Assembly (NCBI GenBank): GCA_963844865.1 | Contig: CAWJPY010000001.1 | Span: forward strand, 81,415-145,414 | From: an uncultured Holophagae bacterium | Lineage (GTDB): Bacteria; Acidobacteriota; Thermoanaerobaculia; Thermoanaerobaculales; Sulfomarinibacteraceae | DNA: 64,000 bases | Direction of reading: 5' to 3' | Shown: positions 18,570-26,978 of the stretch, one piece after another | Numbering within the stretch: position 1 is the first letter of the stretch | How the letters are laid out: every line of letters begins with the position of its first letter | Made by a program: the position numbers and the translations under genes | Notes under the pieces: model-generated | Databases searched by the model: none | The model's input: only the letters and a program-made list of their open reading frames with translations | What the model was told of the DNA's origin: nothing

Positions 18570-18598
18570 GGGCTCCGGACTCCGGAGCCCTTTTTCTT
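18570..18598 (+). terminator. rho-independent terminator after atpE
   Basis: GGGCTCCGG-actc-CGGAGCCC followed by TTTTTCTTT. Confidence 0.75.
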
Positions 18599-19120
18599 TC
18601 CGCTCACAGTCTCGGCGCGGCACTCCCGCGCCCGCATCCGAATTCACCCCCGGGCCCGGCGGCAGGGATCGGCAGCAGTGGCAGACCATTCAGGCGGCAC
18701 AGTGGCCCCGGAGAGAGCACCCCCCCCTCGGGCGTGCCACTGGTGACACTTTCACGAGGTGGGACGGACCGATCGTGGGGGGAGCGCGGTCGTGAAGGTG
18801 TCAGCGGTGGCAGCCGCGGGGAACGCGTCGGCAGCATCGGCGCGTCGCGGCATCTCTCGCTTCGAATTCGCCCGAGGCACCGACTTTGCCCTCCCCAACT
18901 TCCGCTGGTCCGCCGCGGAACGCTGACCCCGCCGCCGCCGCTGAGCGCCACCACAGATCCCTGTCGCCGCCCCCGATCGCCGTGCTCGGCTGCGTCGTCC
19001 TGAACCCCTCAAACGCGTCGCCGCGCACTCCCTTCTCGTCTCTCCGGAGTTCCCCTATCCCTCACCTAGGGGTTTCTCCTATGAAACATTCGGAGTTTTC
19101 TGATAATTTCTCCGCCGCTA

Positions 19121-19149
19121 TTGACATGGATGTTTCAGGACTGTATCGT
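19121..19149 (+). promoter_or_regulatory. putative sigma-70 promoter of the ECF sigma gene
   Basis: TTGACA (19121-19126), a 17-nt spacer, TATCGT (19144-19149), 22 nt upstream of ATG 19171. This argues against the longer ORF-track start. Confidence 0.45.
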
Positions 19150-19170
19150 TCTTCACCGTGGAGGTTAGCC

Positions 19171-19812
19171 ATGGCGCAGATAGCGGAACCGAGAATGTGG
19201 GACTTCAGCTCGGGGCGTCTGCCCTACCGCGAACAGCTGTTCAAGAGTGCGCTCCGGATGACCCGGTCGGTGGAGGATGCCGAGGATCTGATCCAAGAGA
19301 CCTACCTCAAGGCCTACAAGTACTACGACCGCTTCGCCGAGGGGACGAACTTCAAGGCGTGGCTCTTCAAGATCATGAAGAACACCTTCATCAACTCCTA
19401 CCGCAAGAAGAAGCTGCAGCCACCCAAGGTGGACTTCGACGACGTGCAGCAGGGTCTCGAGGAGACCCTGATGGACGCCGCTCCGGACTCGTCCAGCGAC
19501 CCCGAGGGCTGGATCATGTCGTCGGAGATGGACCACGAGGTGCGTGAGGCCCTGGTGAGCCTGCCCCACGACTACAAGATGGTGGTCCTCCTCGCAGACC
19601 TCGAGGGCTTCTCCTACAAGGAGATCGCCCAGATCCTGGAGGTGCCCGTGGGCACCGTGATGTCGCGCCTGTACCGGGGACGGCGCATGCTGGAACGCAC
19701 CCTGCTCAGGTATGGGTGTCGCTACAACTACATCAGTGCTCCCCCGGAGAAGCTGCGCGACAACAAGATCGATCTCGGCGACTTCTTCGGCGGCCAGGCG
19801 GCCCATCACTGA
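19171..19812 (+). CDS. ECF-type RNA polymerase sigma factor with a ~35-aa C-terminal extension
   Basis: Region 2 (DAEDLIQETYLKAYKYYDRF...FKAWLFKIMKNTFIN) and region 4 (LADLEGFSYKEIAQILEVPVGTVMSRLYRGRRML). GGAGG lies before ATG 19171. Confidence 0.85.
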   Translation: MAQIAEPRMWDFSSGRLPYREQLFKSALRMTRSVEDAEDLIQETYLKAYKYYDRFAEGTNFKAWLFKIMKNTFINSYRKKKLQPPKVDFDDVQQGLEETLMDAAPDSSSDPEGWIMSSEMDHEVREALVSLPHDYKMVVLLADLEGFSYKEIAQILEVPVGTVMSRLYRGRRMLERTLLRYGCRYNYISAPPEKLRDNKIDLGDFFGGQAAHH

Positions 19813-19839
19813 GCCGGACCCGCAGCAGCTGAAGACCCC

Positions 19840-19867
19840 GCGGCCGGAGGGACATCCCTCCGGCCGC
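19840..19867. terminator. hairpin between convergent genes (possible bidirectional terminator)
   Basis: GCGGCCGGAGGG-acat-CCCTCCGGCCGC followed by TCTCATTT. Confidence 0.5.
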
Positions 19868-19970
19868 TCTCATTTCGGGCTCATGCGCAGCGCACTCCCC
19901 CTCCGCGCTCGCTCCCGTATCCGCGTCCGTATCCGGCGGCAGCGATCGGCGGCATGAAGCGGCGGCGTGG

Positions 19971-20723
19971 TCAGCGACTGCCGGGCGGATCCGCCGGGGG
20001 CTCACCCTGGGGAGCGACGGGCGTCGCCGGTGCGCCCGCGTTGACCTCCAGCAGCCGCCGTGGGACCAGCAGCCCCCCCGAGATGAGGAGCTTCACCCCC
20101 TCCTCCACGGTGACGTCCAGGGTCACCAGGTCGCGCTGGGGCACCACGACCAGGAATCCACTGGTGGGGTTGGGGGTGGTGGGGACGAACACCAGGGAGC
20201 ACGGCTCGGTGCAGAACGCCGTGGGTGAGGAGAACTCCCGGGTCACGAACCCCACGGACTGCATCCCCGGCCCCGGAAAGGAGAACAGCACCACCTTGCG
20301 GAACTCGGTGCTCCCGCGGACCTGGATCGCCTCCGTGATCTGGCGGGCGCCCTGGTAGATGGGGCTCAGCAGGGGCAGCCGGCCCAGCCACTGCTCGAAC
20401 ACGTTCAGCATGCGGCCACCGATGACGTTGGTCGCCAGCACCCCGAGCACGAACAACGCGGCCACGAAGATCAGGAAGCCCACACCGGGGATGGGAGCAC
20501 CGAAGAGCTCTCGCGAGATCGGCCGGAACCACCGGTCCAGCAGCTCGAAGATGAAGCGCGCGAAGAAGATGGTGATGACGAGGGGGAAGACGACCAGGAA
20601 GCCCACCACGAAGCGGCGACGGATCCACACCCCCACGCCCCGGGTGCGACCGTCGGGTACGCGCCCCAGATCGGCCAGGCGCCGGAAAAAACCGCTGGGC
20701 TGGTCCTGGCGTTCCTTCATCAC
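19971..20723 (-). CDS. DUF502-family membrane protein
   Basis: Two N-terminal TM helices and the conserved PLLSPIYQGARQI...F..VVL motif. Confidence 0.7.
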   Translation of the reverse strand: MMKERQDQPSGFFRRLADLGRVPDGRTRGVGVWIRRRFVVGFLVVFPLVITIFFARFIFELLDRWFRPISRELFGAPIPGVGFLIFVAALFVLGVLATNVIGGRMLNVFEQWLGRLPLLSPIYQGARQITEAIQVRGSTEFRKVVLFSFPGPGMQSVGFVTREFSSPTAFCTEPCSLVFVPTTPNPTSGFLVVVPQRDLVTLDVTVEEGVKLLISGGLLVPRRLLEVNAGAPATPVAPQGEPPADPPGSR

Positions 20724-20839
20724 ATGCAGATTCTATCGGAACCACGCTGCTCCGCGTGATCTGAAGACACTTTCCTGCAACGATTTCCCCTGGTGGTGCG
20801 AGGGCGATCCGCGCTATGATGGTCCGCCGGAGGAAGAAG

Positions 20840-22192
20840 GTGACTGCCGACCGTTCTCTGATGATCGTGGGCGGCCAGTGGGGCGACGAGGGCAAGGGGA
20901 AGGTCGTCGACCTCCTGTCCAGCGGCTACCCGGTGGTGGTGCGCTACAACGGCGGCCACAACGCCGGCCACACGGTGCGCTTCGCCGACCGCAAGTTCGC
21001 CCTCCACCTGGTGCCGTCTGGGATCATCCACCTCCACGTCACCTGCTACCTGGCCTCCGGGATGGTGATCCAGCCCTCGGCCCTGGTGGCGGAGATGGAC
21101 ACGTTGCTGGCGGAGGGGATCCCGCTCGAGGACAGGATGTTCCTGTCGCCGCGCGCCTCCCTGATCCTGCCCACCCATCAGGCTCTGGACGGCGCCCGGG
21201 AGAGCGCCCGCGGCCGCGACCCCATCGGCACGACCGGCCGCGGCATCGGACCGGCCTATGAAGACCAGGCGCAGCGCCGCGGCCTCCGCGCCTACCTGCT
21301 CACCGACTCCCACCGGTTGGTCGAGGTGGCCCGCACGCTCATGGAGGAGCACAACCAGGAGCTGACCGAGCTCTACGGCGCGCCCGCCGTGGACATCGAC
21401 CAGGCGGTCGCGGACCTGGAGAGCGCCGCCCAGCGGCTCGCCCCTCTCGTGCGGGAGGTCGGCCCCGAGATTCGGCGCCACACCGCCGCCGGCGACCCCA
21501 TCCTCTTCGAGGGCGCCCAGGGCGTCCTCCTGGACCTCTTCTGGGGCACCTACCCCTACGTCACGTCCTCCTCCTGCCTGCCGGGCGCCGCCGCCACCTC
21601 ATGCGGCATCTCCGCGAAGCTGCTCGGACCGGTCCTCGGGGTCATGAAGGCCTACGCGACCCGGGTCGGGGGTGGACCGTTCCCGTCGGAGATCGAGGGC
21701 GCCGAGGGCGACCGCCTGCGGGAGCGCGGAGCCGAGTACGGCACCACCACCGGGCGGCCCCGACGCTGCGGCTGGTTCGACGCGGTCGCGGCCCGCTACG
21801 CCGTCCAGGTCGCCGGCATCGACGCGCTGGCCATCACCAAGCTGGACGTGCTGGACGGTCTCGACACGCTACAAGTGGTGGTGGGCTATGAGGGCCCCGG
21901 TGGAGAGCACCTCGACACGATCCCCGCCGATCCCCGGCTCGTGAGCGCGATCGAACCCGTGTACGAGACCCTGCGCGGCTGGAAAACCGAGACTGCAGGC
22001 GTCACCGATCCGGCCGCCCTGCCGGCGCGCGCCGAGGCCTACCTGCGCTTCTTGGAGAAGCAGGTGGGCGTCCCCGTGGTGGTGGTGTCCACCGGACCGT
22101 GCCGCGATGAGACCCTGATCCGGGGGGACAGCCGCCTCGCCCAGCGCCTGGCCACCGTCATCGGCGGCGACCGCAACGTCCTGACTGCTTGA
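20840..22192 (+). CDS. purA: adenylosuccinate synthase
   Basis: GGQWGDEGKGKVVD P-loop, GTTGRGIGPAY and GTTTGRPRRCGWFD motifs. GTG 20840 after GGAGGA is preferred over ATG 20816, but the start is uncertain. Confidence 0.92.
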   Translation: MTADRSLMIVGGQWGDEGKGKVVDLLSSGYPVVVRYNGGHNAGHTVRFADRKFALHLVPSGIIHLHVTCYLASGMVIQPSALVAEMDTLLAEGIPLEDRMFLSPRASLILPTHQALDGARESARGRDPIGTTGRGIGPAYEDQAQRRGLRAYLLTDSHRLVEVARTLMEEHNQELTELYGAPAVDIDQAVADLESAAQRLAPLVREVGPEIRRHTAAGDPILFEGAQGVLLDLFWGTYPYVTSSSCLPGAAATSCGISAKLLGPVLGVMKAYATRVGGGPFPSEIEGAEGDRLRERGAEYGTTTGRPRRCGWFDAVAARYAVQVAGIDALAITKLDVLDGLDTLQVVVGYEGPGGEHLDTIPADPRLVSAIEPVYETLRGWKTETAGVTDPAALPARAEAYLRFLEKQVGVPVVVVSTGPCRDETLIRGDSRLAQRLATVIGGDRNVLTA

Positions 22193-22229
22193 ACCACGCA
22201 CTCCAGGGCGCTACCCTGGCCACTCCTCT

Positions 22230-22302
22230 GGGCCGTTAGCTCAGCTGGTAGAGCATCGGACTTTTAATCCGGTGGTCCCGGGTTCGAGTCCCGGACGGCC
22301 CA
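22230..22302 (+). tRNA. tRNA-Lys: tRNA-Lys (anticodon UUU)
   Basis: The cloverleaf was folded by hand: GGGCCGT/ACGGCCC acceptor, GCTC/GAGC D-stem, TCGGA-CTTTTAA-TCCGG anticodon arm, CCGGG-TTCGAGT-CCCGG T-arm, discriminator A. CCA is not encoded (CTC follows). Confidence 0.93.
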
Positions 22303-22378
22303 CTCACCCTGGAAGCACCTCTCACCGGAACGGCCTCGATATCGTTCGCGCCGTCCGCCCCGCACCCAACCTCACGGC

Positions 22379-22614
22379 GCGCCCCGCCCCGGCCAGCGGG
22401 TGGCCGTATGGCCGTCCCTCCCCCTCTCCGCCAGGCCTGCGACCCCCTCGGCCACGGCCACACACCGCTGCCCGAGCCGTGGTCGAGTCCCGGACGGCCC
22501 ACCAGGCTTCGTTCTCAGCCGTAGGATGAGAACGAAGCCTGCCACGGCGTAGCCGCAGGCGAAGCCGGGTCGCCCCGGGTCTCGAGACTCGGCTGAGAAC
22601 TACGCCCTGGCAGG
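22379..22614 (+). repeat. copy B of the repeat element, containing a second copy of the tRNA-Lys T-arm/acceptor end plus CCA (22483-22505)
   Basis: TCGAGTCCCGGACGGCCCAC at 22483-22502 is identical to tRNA positions 22284-22303 (24/26 when extended 5'). The flanks are homologous to 2039-2246 on the minus strand. The downstream part folds into a 12-bp hairpin (22505-22539) and a 16-bp long-range stem (22536-22551 with 22600-22615). Confidence 0.6.
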
Positions 22615-22789
22615 CGTTACGACGCGGGCGCTGATCACACCTGGAGACGCAACTCACAGCCTTATTTGTGAAACATCGTCTCATGATTTACGAGTGCTCC
22701 ACCACGGCGGGAAACGGCTATGATGGTGAGCGGACCAAGCATCGCGCGCAGTGGAGAGAGGCTGATCTTCCCGAGCCCGAGGGGGGCAC

Positions 22790-23788
22790 ATGGCGACACG
22801 CATGCCGAGCTCGACAGGGGTCGATCAACGTGAGCGGCCCGGCGAGCTCTGCGACACCTGCACGCTGTTTCCCGACTGCGCCCGTCGCCGCCAGCAGCAG
22901 ACTCCGGTACTCGAATGTGAGCTCTACCAGGAGGGCGACTGGAGTGTCGACCTGGTGGCGGCGCTGGTCGACCGCAACGCCGGGCAGCGGGGCGGGCTGA
23001 TCTCGACCCTGGAGGGCATCCAGGCCAAGTACGGCTACCTGCCCGAGGGTGCGCTGCGGGTGGTCGCGGAGCGCACCGGCCGGTCCCTGGTCGACATCTA
23101 CGGCGTGGCGACCTTCTACCGCGCCTTCAGCCTCGAGCCCCGCGGCAAGCACCTGTGCTCGGTCTGCGTCGGCACGGCGTGTCACGTCCGCGGCGCCCCG
23201 CTCGTCCATGACGAGTTCGAGCGCCAGCTCGAGGTGGAGGCCGGTCACACCACCTCAGACGGCGAGTTCACGCTCGAGACCGTCAACTGCCTGGGCGCCT
23301 GCGCCCTCGGGCCGATGGTGGTGATGGACGGGCACTACTTCTCGAACGTCGATCGGCGAAAGGTCGCAGATGTGATCTCGAAGACCCGGGTCGGCCTCGA
23401 CTTCGTGACGCCCGCCGGCGACGCCCGCGTATTTCCGGTGGAGGTCTACTGCGCCCGCTGCAATCACAGCCTGATGGACCCCGACCACCCCATCGAGGGC
23501 CAGCCGTCGGTGCGGGTCACCATCTCGTTCGGCCGCCGCCACGGTTGGCTGCGGCTCTCCTCCCTGTACGGCAGCTACACCATCGAGTCGGAGCACGACA
23601 TCCCGCCGGACACGGTGGCCAACTTCTTCTGTCCCCACTGCCACGGGGAGCTCGCCGGGGCCACCGACTGCCCGATGTGCGGGGCGCCCATGGTGCCGCT
23701 GATCGTGCGCGGCGGCGGCATGGTCCAGATCTGCTCGCGGCGCGGCTGCCACAGCCACATGCTCGACCTCAACGGCGTCAACCTGTGA
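22790..23788 (+). CDS. NuoE/HoxE/HydC-like [2Fe-2S] subunit with extra Cys-rich N- and C-terminal regions
   Basis: The central region LISTLEGIQAKYGYLP...VATFYRAF...HLCSVCVGTACHVRGA...VNCLGACALGP is the thioredoxin-like 2Fe-2S fold of NuoE. The C-terminal ~125 aa carry CxxC x3 plus CxxxxCH. The start is uncertain (a GTG near 22947 would give a canonical-length N-terminus). Confidence 0.8.
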   Translation: MATRMPSSTGVDQRERPGELCDTCTLFPDCARRRQQQTPVLECELYQEGDWSVDLVAALVDRNAGQRGGLISTLEGIQAKYGYLPEGALRVVAERTGRSLVDIYGVATFYRAFSLEPRGKHLCSVCVGTACHVRGAPLVHDEFERQLEVEAGHTTSDGEFTLETVNCLGACALGPMVVMDGHYFSNVDRRKVADVISKTRVGLDFVTPAGDARVFPVEVYCARCNHSLMDPDHPIEGQPSVRVTISFGRRHGWLRLSSLYGSYTIESEHDIPPDTVANFFCPHCHGELAGATDCPMCGAPMVPLIVRGGGMVQICSRRGCHSHMLDLNGVNL

Positions 23789-23804
23789 CGGTGACGGAGG
23801 CCTG

Positions 23805-26800
23805 ATGGAGAAGCTGCAGTCCATCGAGGAGTTCCACGGCCTCGGCGAGCGCCTGCGCGTCGACAGCCGGGCTGCTGTGGGGCCCACCATCGTCATTCCA
23901 GCCGGAACCTGCGGCCAGGCGAGCGGAGCCAACGACCTGATCCGGGTCACCAAACGGACGCTGCTCGAACGCGGCCTGGGGGATCGGGTGGCGCTCCGGA
24001 TCACCGGCTGCCACGGCTACTGCCAGGCGGAGCCGTCGGTGCTCGTGGAGCCGCACCGGACCTTCTACCCGAAGGTCGACATCGACGGCATGGTGCGCAT
24101 CGTCGAGGCGACGGCGGCAGGTGGGATCGTGGAGGACCTGCTGTTCTCAGACCCCGCGACCGGCCGCCGCATCGAGCGCCAGGACGACGTCCCGTTCTTC
24201 GTCCGTCAGCAGCGGCTGCTGCTGCGTCGCAACGAGGCGGTGGACCCGATCAGGATCTTCAACGCCATCGAGCGCGGCGGCTACGCGGCGTTCGTCGGCC
24301 TGCTGGAGTCCGGCCGCGCCGAGGATGTCCTCGACGCCCTGCGCCGATCCGGCCTGCGGGGCCGCGGCGGCGCCGGGTTCCCGACCTGGCGCAAGTGGCA
24401 GATGCTCGCCGAACGCCCCTCGGACCGCGGCAAGTTCCTGGTGTGCAACGCCGACGAGGGCGACCCCGGCGCCTACATGGACCGCAGCCTGCTCGAGGGC
24501 AACCCCCACTCGATCCTCGAGGGCATGCTGATCGGGGCCTTCACCACCGGCGCCACCGAGGGCGTGATCTACGTGCGCGCCGAGTACCCCCTCGCCATCA
24601 AACACCTGACCATCGCGCTCCGCCAGGCCCGCGAGCTGGGCCTGCTCGGCGACGACATCCTCGGCGCTGGCTTCGCTTTCGAGGTGGCGCTGGTGCGCGG
24701 CGCCGGCGCCTTCGTGTGCGGCGAGGAGACGGCGCTGATCGCGTCGATCGAGGGCCGCATGGGCGAGCCCCGACAGCGGCCGCCGTTCCCGGTCGAGCGC
24801 GGCATCGACGGCCGCCCGACGGTGATCAACAACGTCGAGACCTGGGCCAACATGCCGCTGATCGTCGGCGAGGGGGCGGAGGCGTACGCCGCCGCGAGCG
24901 GCGGCGCGGGAGGCGGTACCAAGATCTTCAGCCTGGTGGGAAAGGTCGCCAACACCGGTCTGGTGGAGGTGCCCATGGGCACCCCCATCGCCGACATCGT
25001 GTACGGGATCGGGGGCGGCTCGTCCTCGGGCAAGCGGATCAAGGCAGTGCAGACGGGAGGTCCTTCCGGCGGCTGCATCCCGGCCGCCCGCTTCGACCTG
25101 CCCATCGACTACGACAGCCTGGCGAGCGCCGGCTCGATCATGGGCTCCGGGGGCATGATCGTGATGGACGACGACACCTGCATGGTGGACGTCGCCAGGT
25201 ACTTCATGAGCTTCCTGCGCGAGGAGTCCTGCGGCAAGTGCTTCACCTGCCGCAAGGGCACCCAGCGCATGCAAGAGATCCTCTCCGACATCAGCGAGGG
25301 GCGGGGAACCCTTGCGCAGATCGACCTGCTCGAGGAGCTGGCGCAGGTGGTCCGCGACACCTCCATGTGCGGCCTCGGCCAGTCCGCGGCCAACCCGGTG
25401 CTGACCACCCTGCGCAGCTTCCACGACGAGTACCGCCGCCACGTTGTGGACCGCCGCTGCGACGCCTTCGTGTGCACCGAGCTGGTCGGAGCGCCCTGCC
25501 AGGCGGCGTGCCCGGTCGGCACCGAGGCGTGGCGCTACGTGGCGCACATCGCGCGCGGCGAGGTGGAGGAGGCCTACCGGGTGATCCGCGAGGCCAACCC
25601 CTTCCCGTCGGTGTGCGCGCGCGCCTGCGACCACCCGTGCGAGGAGCGCTGCCGGGCCGGCACCAGCGGCGGCGACGCGGTGGCCATCCGCGCCCTGAAG
25701 CGCTTCGTCACCGACCGCGTCGAGCCCTCCGCCTACCGTCCGGCGCGGCGTCCCTGGGCGGACGGCTCACCGCCGCGCATCGCGGTGATCGGCGCCGGGC
25801 CGGCGGGGCTCACGGCGGCCCACATGCTGTCCCTCGCCGGTGGTCGCGTCACCGTCTTCGAGGCGGACACCGAACCGGGCGGCATGCTCTATTGCGCCAT
25901 CCCTTCCTACCGGCTGCCCCGCGAGGTGGTCGAGCGCGAGATCGAGGCGCTGCTCGACGACACCGTCGAGGTCCGCTGCGGCGTCGCGCTGGGCCGCGAC
26001 GTCACCATCGACGGCCTCCTTGCAGACGGCTACGACGCGGTGCTCCTGGCCATGGGCGCCCACAAGAGCCGCGCGCTCGACCTCGACGGCGAGGACGCCC
26101 GGGGCGTCTTCCCCGCCATCGAGTTCCTGAAGGCGTTCAACCTCCGTGGGGAGCAGCTCGCCCGGGGACGGGTGGTGGTGGTCGGGGGCGGCAACTCGGC
26201 CATCGACGCCGCGCGGACGGCGATCCGCCAGCGCGACGTGGAAAGCGTCACCATCCTCTACCGTCGCACCCGCGCCGAGATGCCGGCCTTCGCCGAGGAG
26301 ATCGACGCCGCGCTCGAGGAGGGGATCGTCCTCGAGACGCTGGCGGCGCCGGCGGGCATCGACACCACCGACGGAGCACTGTCGCGCCTGGAGTGCCTCC
26401 GCAACACCCTCGGCGACGCCGACGCGAGCGGCCGCCGGCGCCCGGTACCGGTCCCCGGCAGCGAGTTCTCACTCGACCTCGACACCCTGATCGTCGCCAT
26501 CAGCGAGGACTCGGGCGTCGATGCCGTCACCCCGGCGCGCGGTGGAGGCATCGAGATCACCGCCCGCAACACCGTCAAGGTCGACCCCGAGACGCTGCAG
26601 ACCAGCCGGGAGGGGGTGTTCGCCGCCGGCGACGTGGTCAGCGGGCCCAACACCATCGTGGACGCCGTGGCGGCCGGCAAACGGGCGGCGGCGATGATCG
26701 AGCGCTTCCTCCTCGGGCGCCCGCTCCAGATACCGGCCACGGGTTCGGTCCCGACCGTCTACGTGGAACCTCCGGCGGCGGGCGACGCCACCGCCCCCGA

Positions 26801-26975
26801 GACGGACCGGGTCGAGACCCCCCGCGCGTCGGTGGCCTGGCGGCGGCGCAACTTCGCCGAGGTGGAGGTGACCTTGTCGCCGGAGGAAGCGCGGCGCGAG
26901 GCCGGCCGCTGCCTCCGCTGCGATCTCGAGTTCACGAAACCGGCGGAGCACGCGCTGGCGAAGGTGGGAGGGTAG
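23805..26975 (+). CDS. NuoF/HydB-like FMN/NADH subunit fused to a GltD-like FAD/NAD(P)H oxidoreductase
   Basis: The N-terminal 2Fe-2S-like domain is followed by GLRGRGGAGFPT, CGEETALIASIEG and ESCGKCFTCRKG..MCGLG (NuoF core). Then come the GltD-type FeS region (CQAACPV..., CARACDHPCEERC), VIGAGPAGLTAA and VVGGGNSAIDAA dinucleotide folds, and the C-terminal CLRCD. Confidence 0.88.
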   Translation: MEKLQSIEEFHGLGERLRVDSRAAVGPTIVIPAGTCGQASGANDLIRVTKRTLLERGLGDRVALRITGCHGYCQAEPSVLVEPHRTFYPKVDIDGMVRIVEATAAGGIVEDLLFSDPATGRRIERQDDVPFFVRQQRLLLRRNEAVDPIRIFNAIERGGYAAFVGLLESGRAEDVLDALRRSGLRGRGGAGFPTWRKWQMLAERPSDRGKFLVCNADEGDPGAYMDRSLLEGNPHSILEGMLIGAFTTGATEGVIYVRAEYPLAIKHLTIALRQARELGLLGDDILGAGFAFEVALVRGAGAFVCGEETALIASIEGRMGEPRQRPPFPVERGIDGRPTVINNVETWANMPLIVGEGAEAYAAASGGAGGGTKIFSLVGKVANTGLVEVPMGTPIADIVYGIGGGSSSGKRIKAVQTGGPSGGCIPAARFDLPIDYDSLASAGSIMGSGGMIVMDDDTCMVDVARYFMSFLREESCGKCFTCRKGTQRMQEILSDISEGRGTLAQIDLLEELAQVVRDTSMCGLGQSAANPVLTTLRSFHDEYRRHVVDRRCDAFVCTELVGAPCQAACPVGTEAWRYVAHIARGEVEEAYRVIREANPFPSVCARACDHPCEERCRAGTSGGDAVAIRALKRFVTDRVEPSAYRPARRPWADGSPPRIAVIGAGPAGLTAAHMLSLAGGRVTVFEADTEPGGMLYCAIPSYRLPREVVEREIEALLDDTVEVRCGVALGRDVTIDGLLADGYDAVLLAMGAHKSRALDLDGEDARGVFPAIEFLKAFNLRGEQLARGRVVVVGGGNSAIDAARTAIRQRDVESVTILYRRTRAEMPAFAEEIDAALEEGIVLETLAAPAGIDTTDGALSRLECLRNTLGDADASGRRRPVPVPGSEFSLDLDTLIVAISEDSGVDAVTPARGGGIEITARNTVKVDPETLQTSREGVFAAGDVVSGPNTIVDAVAAGKRAAAMIERFLLGRPLQIPATGSVPTVYVEPPAAGDATAPETDRVETPRASVAWRRRNFAEVEVTLSPEEARREAGRCLRCDLEFTKPAEHALAKVGG

Positions 26976-26978
26976 CCG

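Noticed and set aside
22483-22505. The tRNA-Lys and ssrA 3'-end copies as homing spacers of a CRISPR-associated transposon, or as part of a CRISPR array.
   Set aside because: There are no cas12k, tns or cas genes, no CRISPR repeats and no transposon ends within the window. The copies lie only ~200 nt from their targets and are in direct orientation, which fits att-type duplication better.
22667-22683. CRP/FNR-like half-sites TGTGA-N7-TCTCA in the AT-rich patch upstream of the NuoE-like operon.
   Set aside because: The spacing is 7 rather than 6, and one half-site is mismatched. This cannot be distinguished from chance without a PWM scan or knowledge of the regulator repertoire.
22791-22805. 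Sigma-54-like match TGGCGA-N5-ATGCC at the start of the NuoE-like ORF, and a second weak one at 43757-43771 (TGGCCC-N5-ACGCC).
   Set aside because: Only the GG/GC dinucleotides fit and the flanking consensus positions are poor. The first match lies inside codon-biased sequence that is probably translated. Both are much weaker than the 41283-41298 and 54763-54778 sites.
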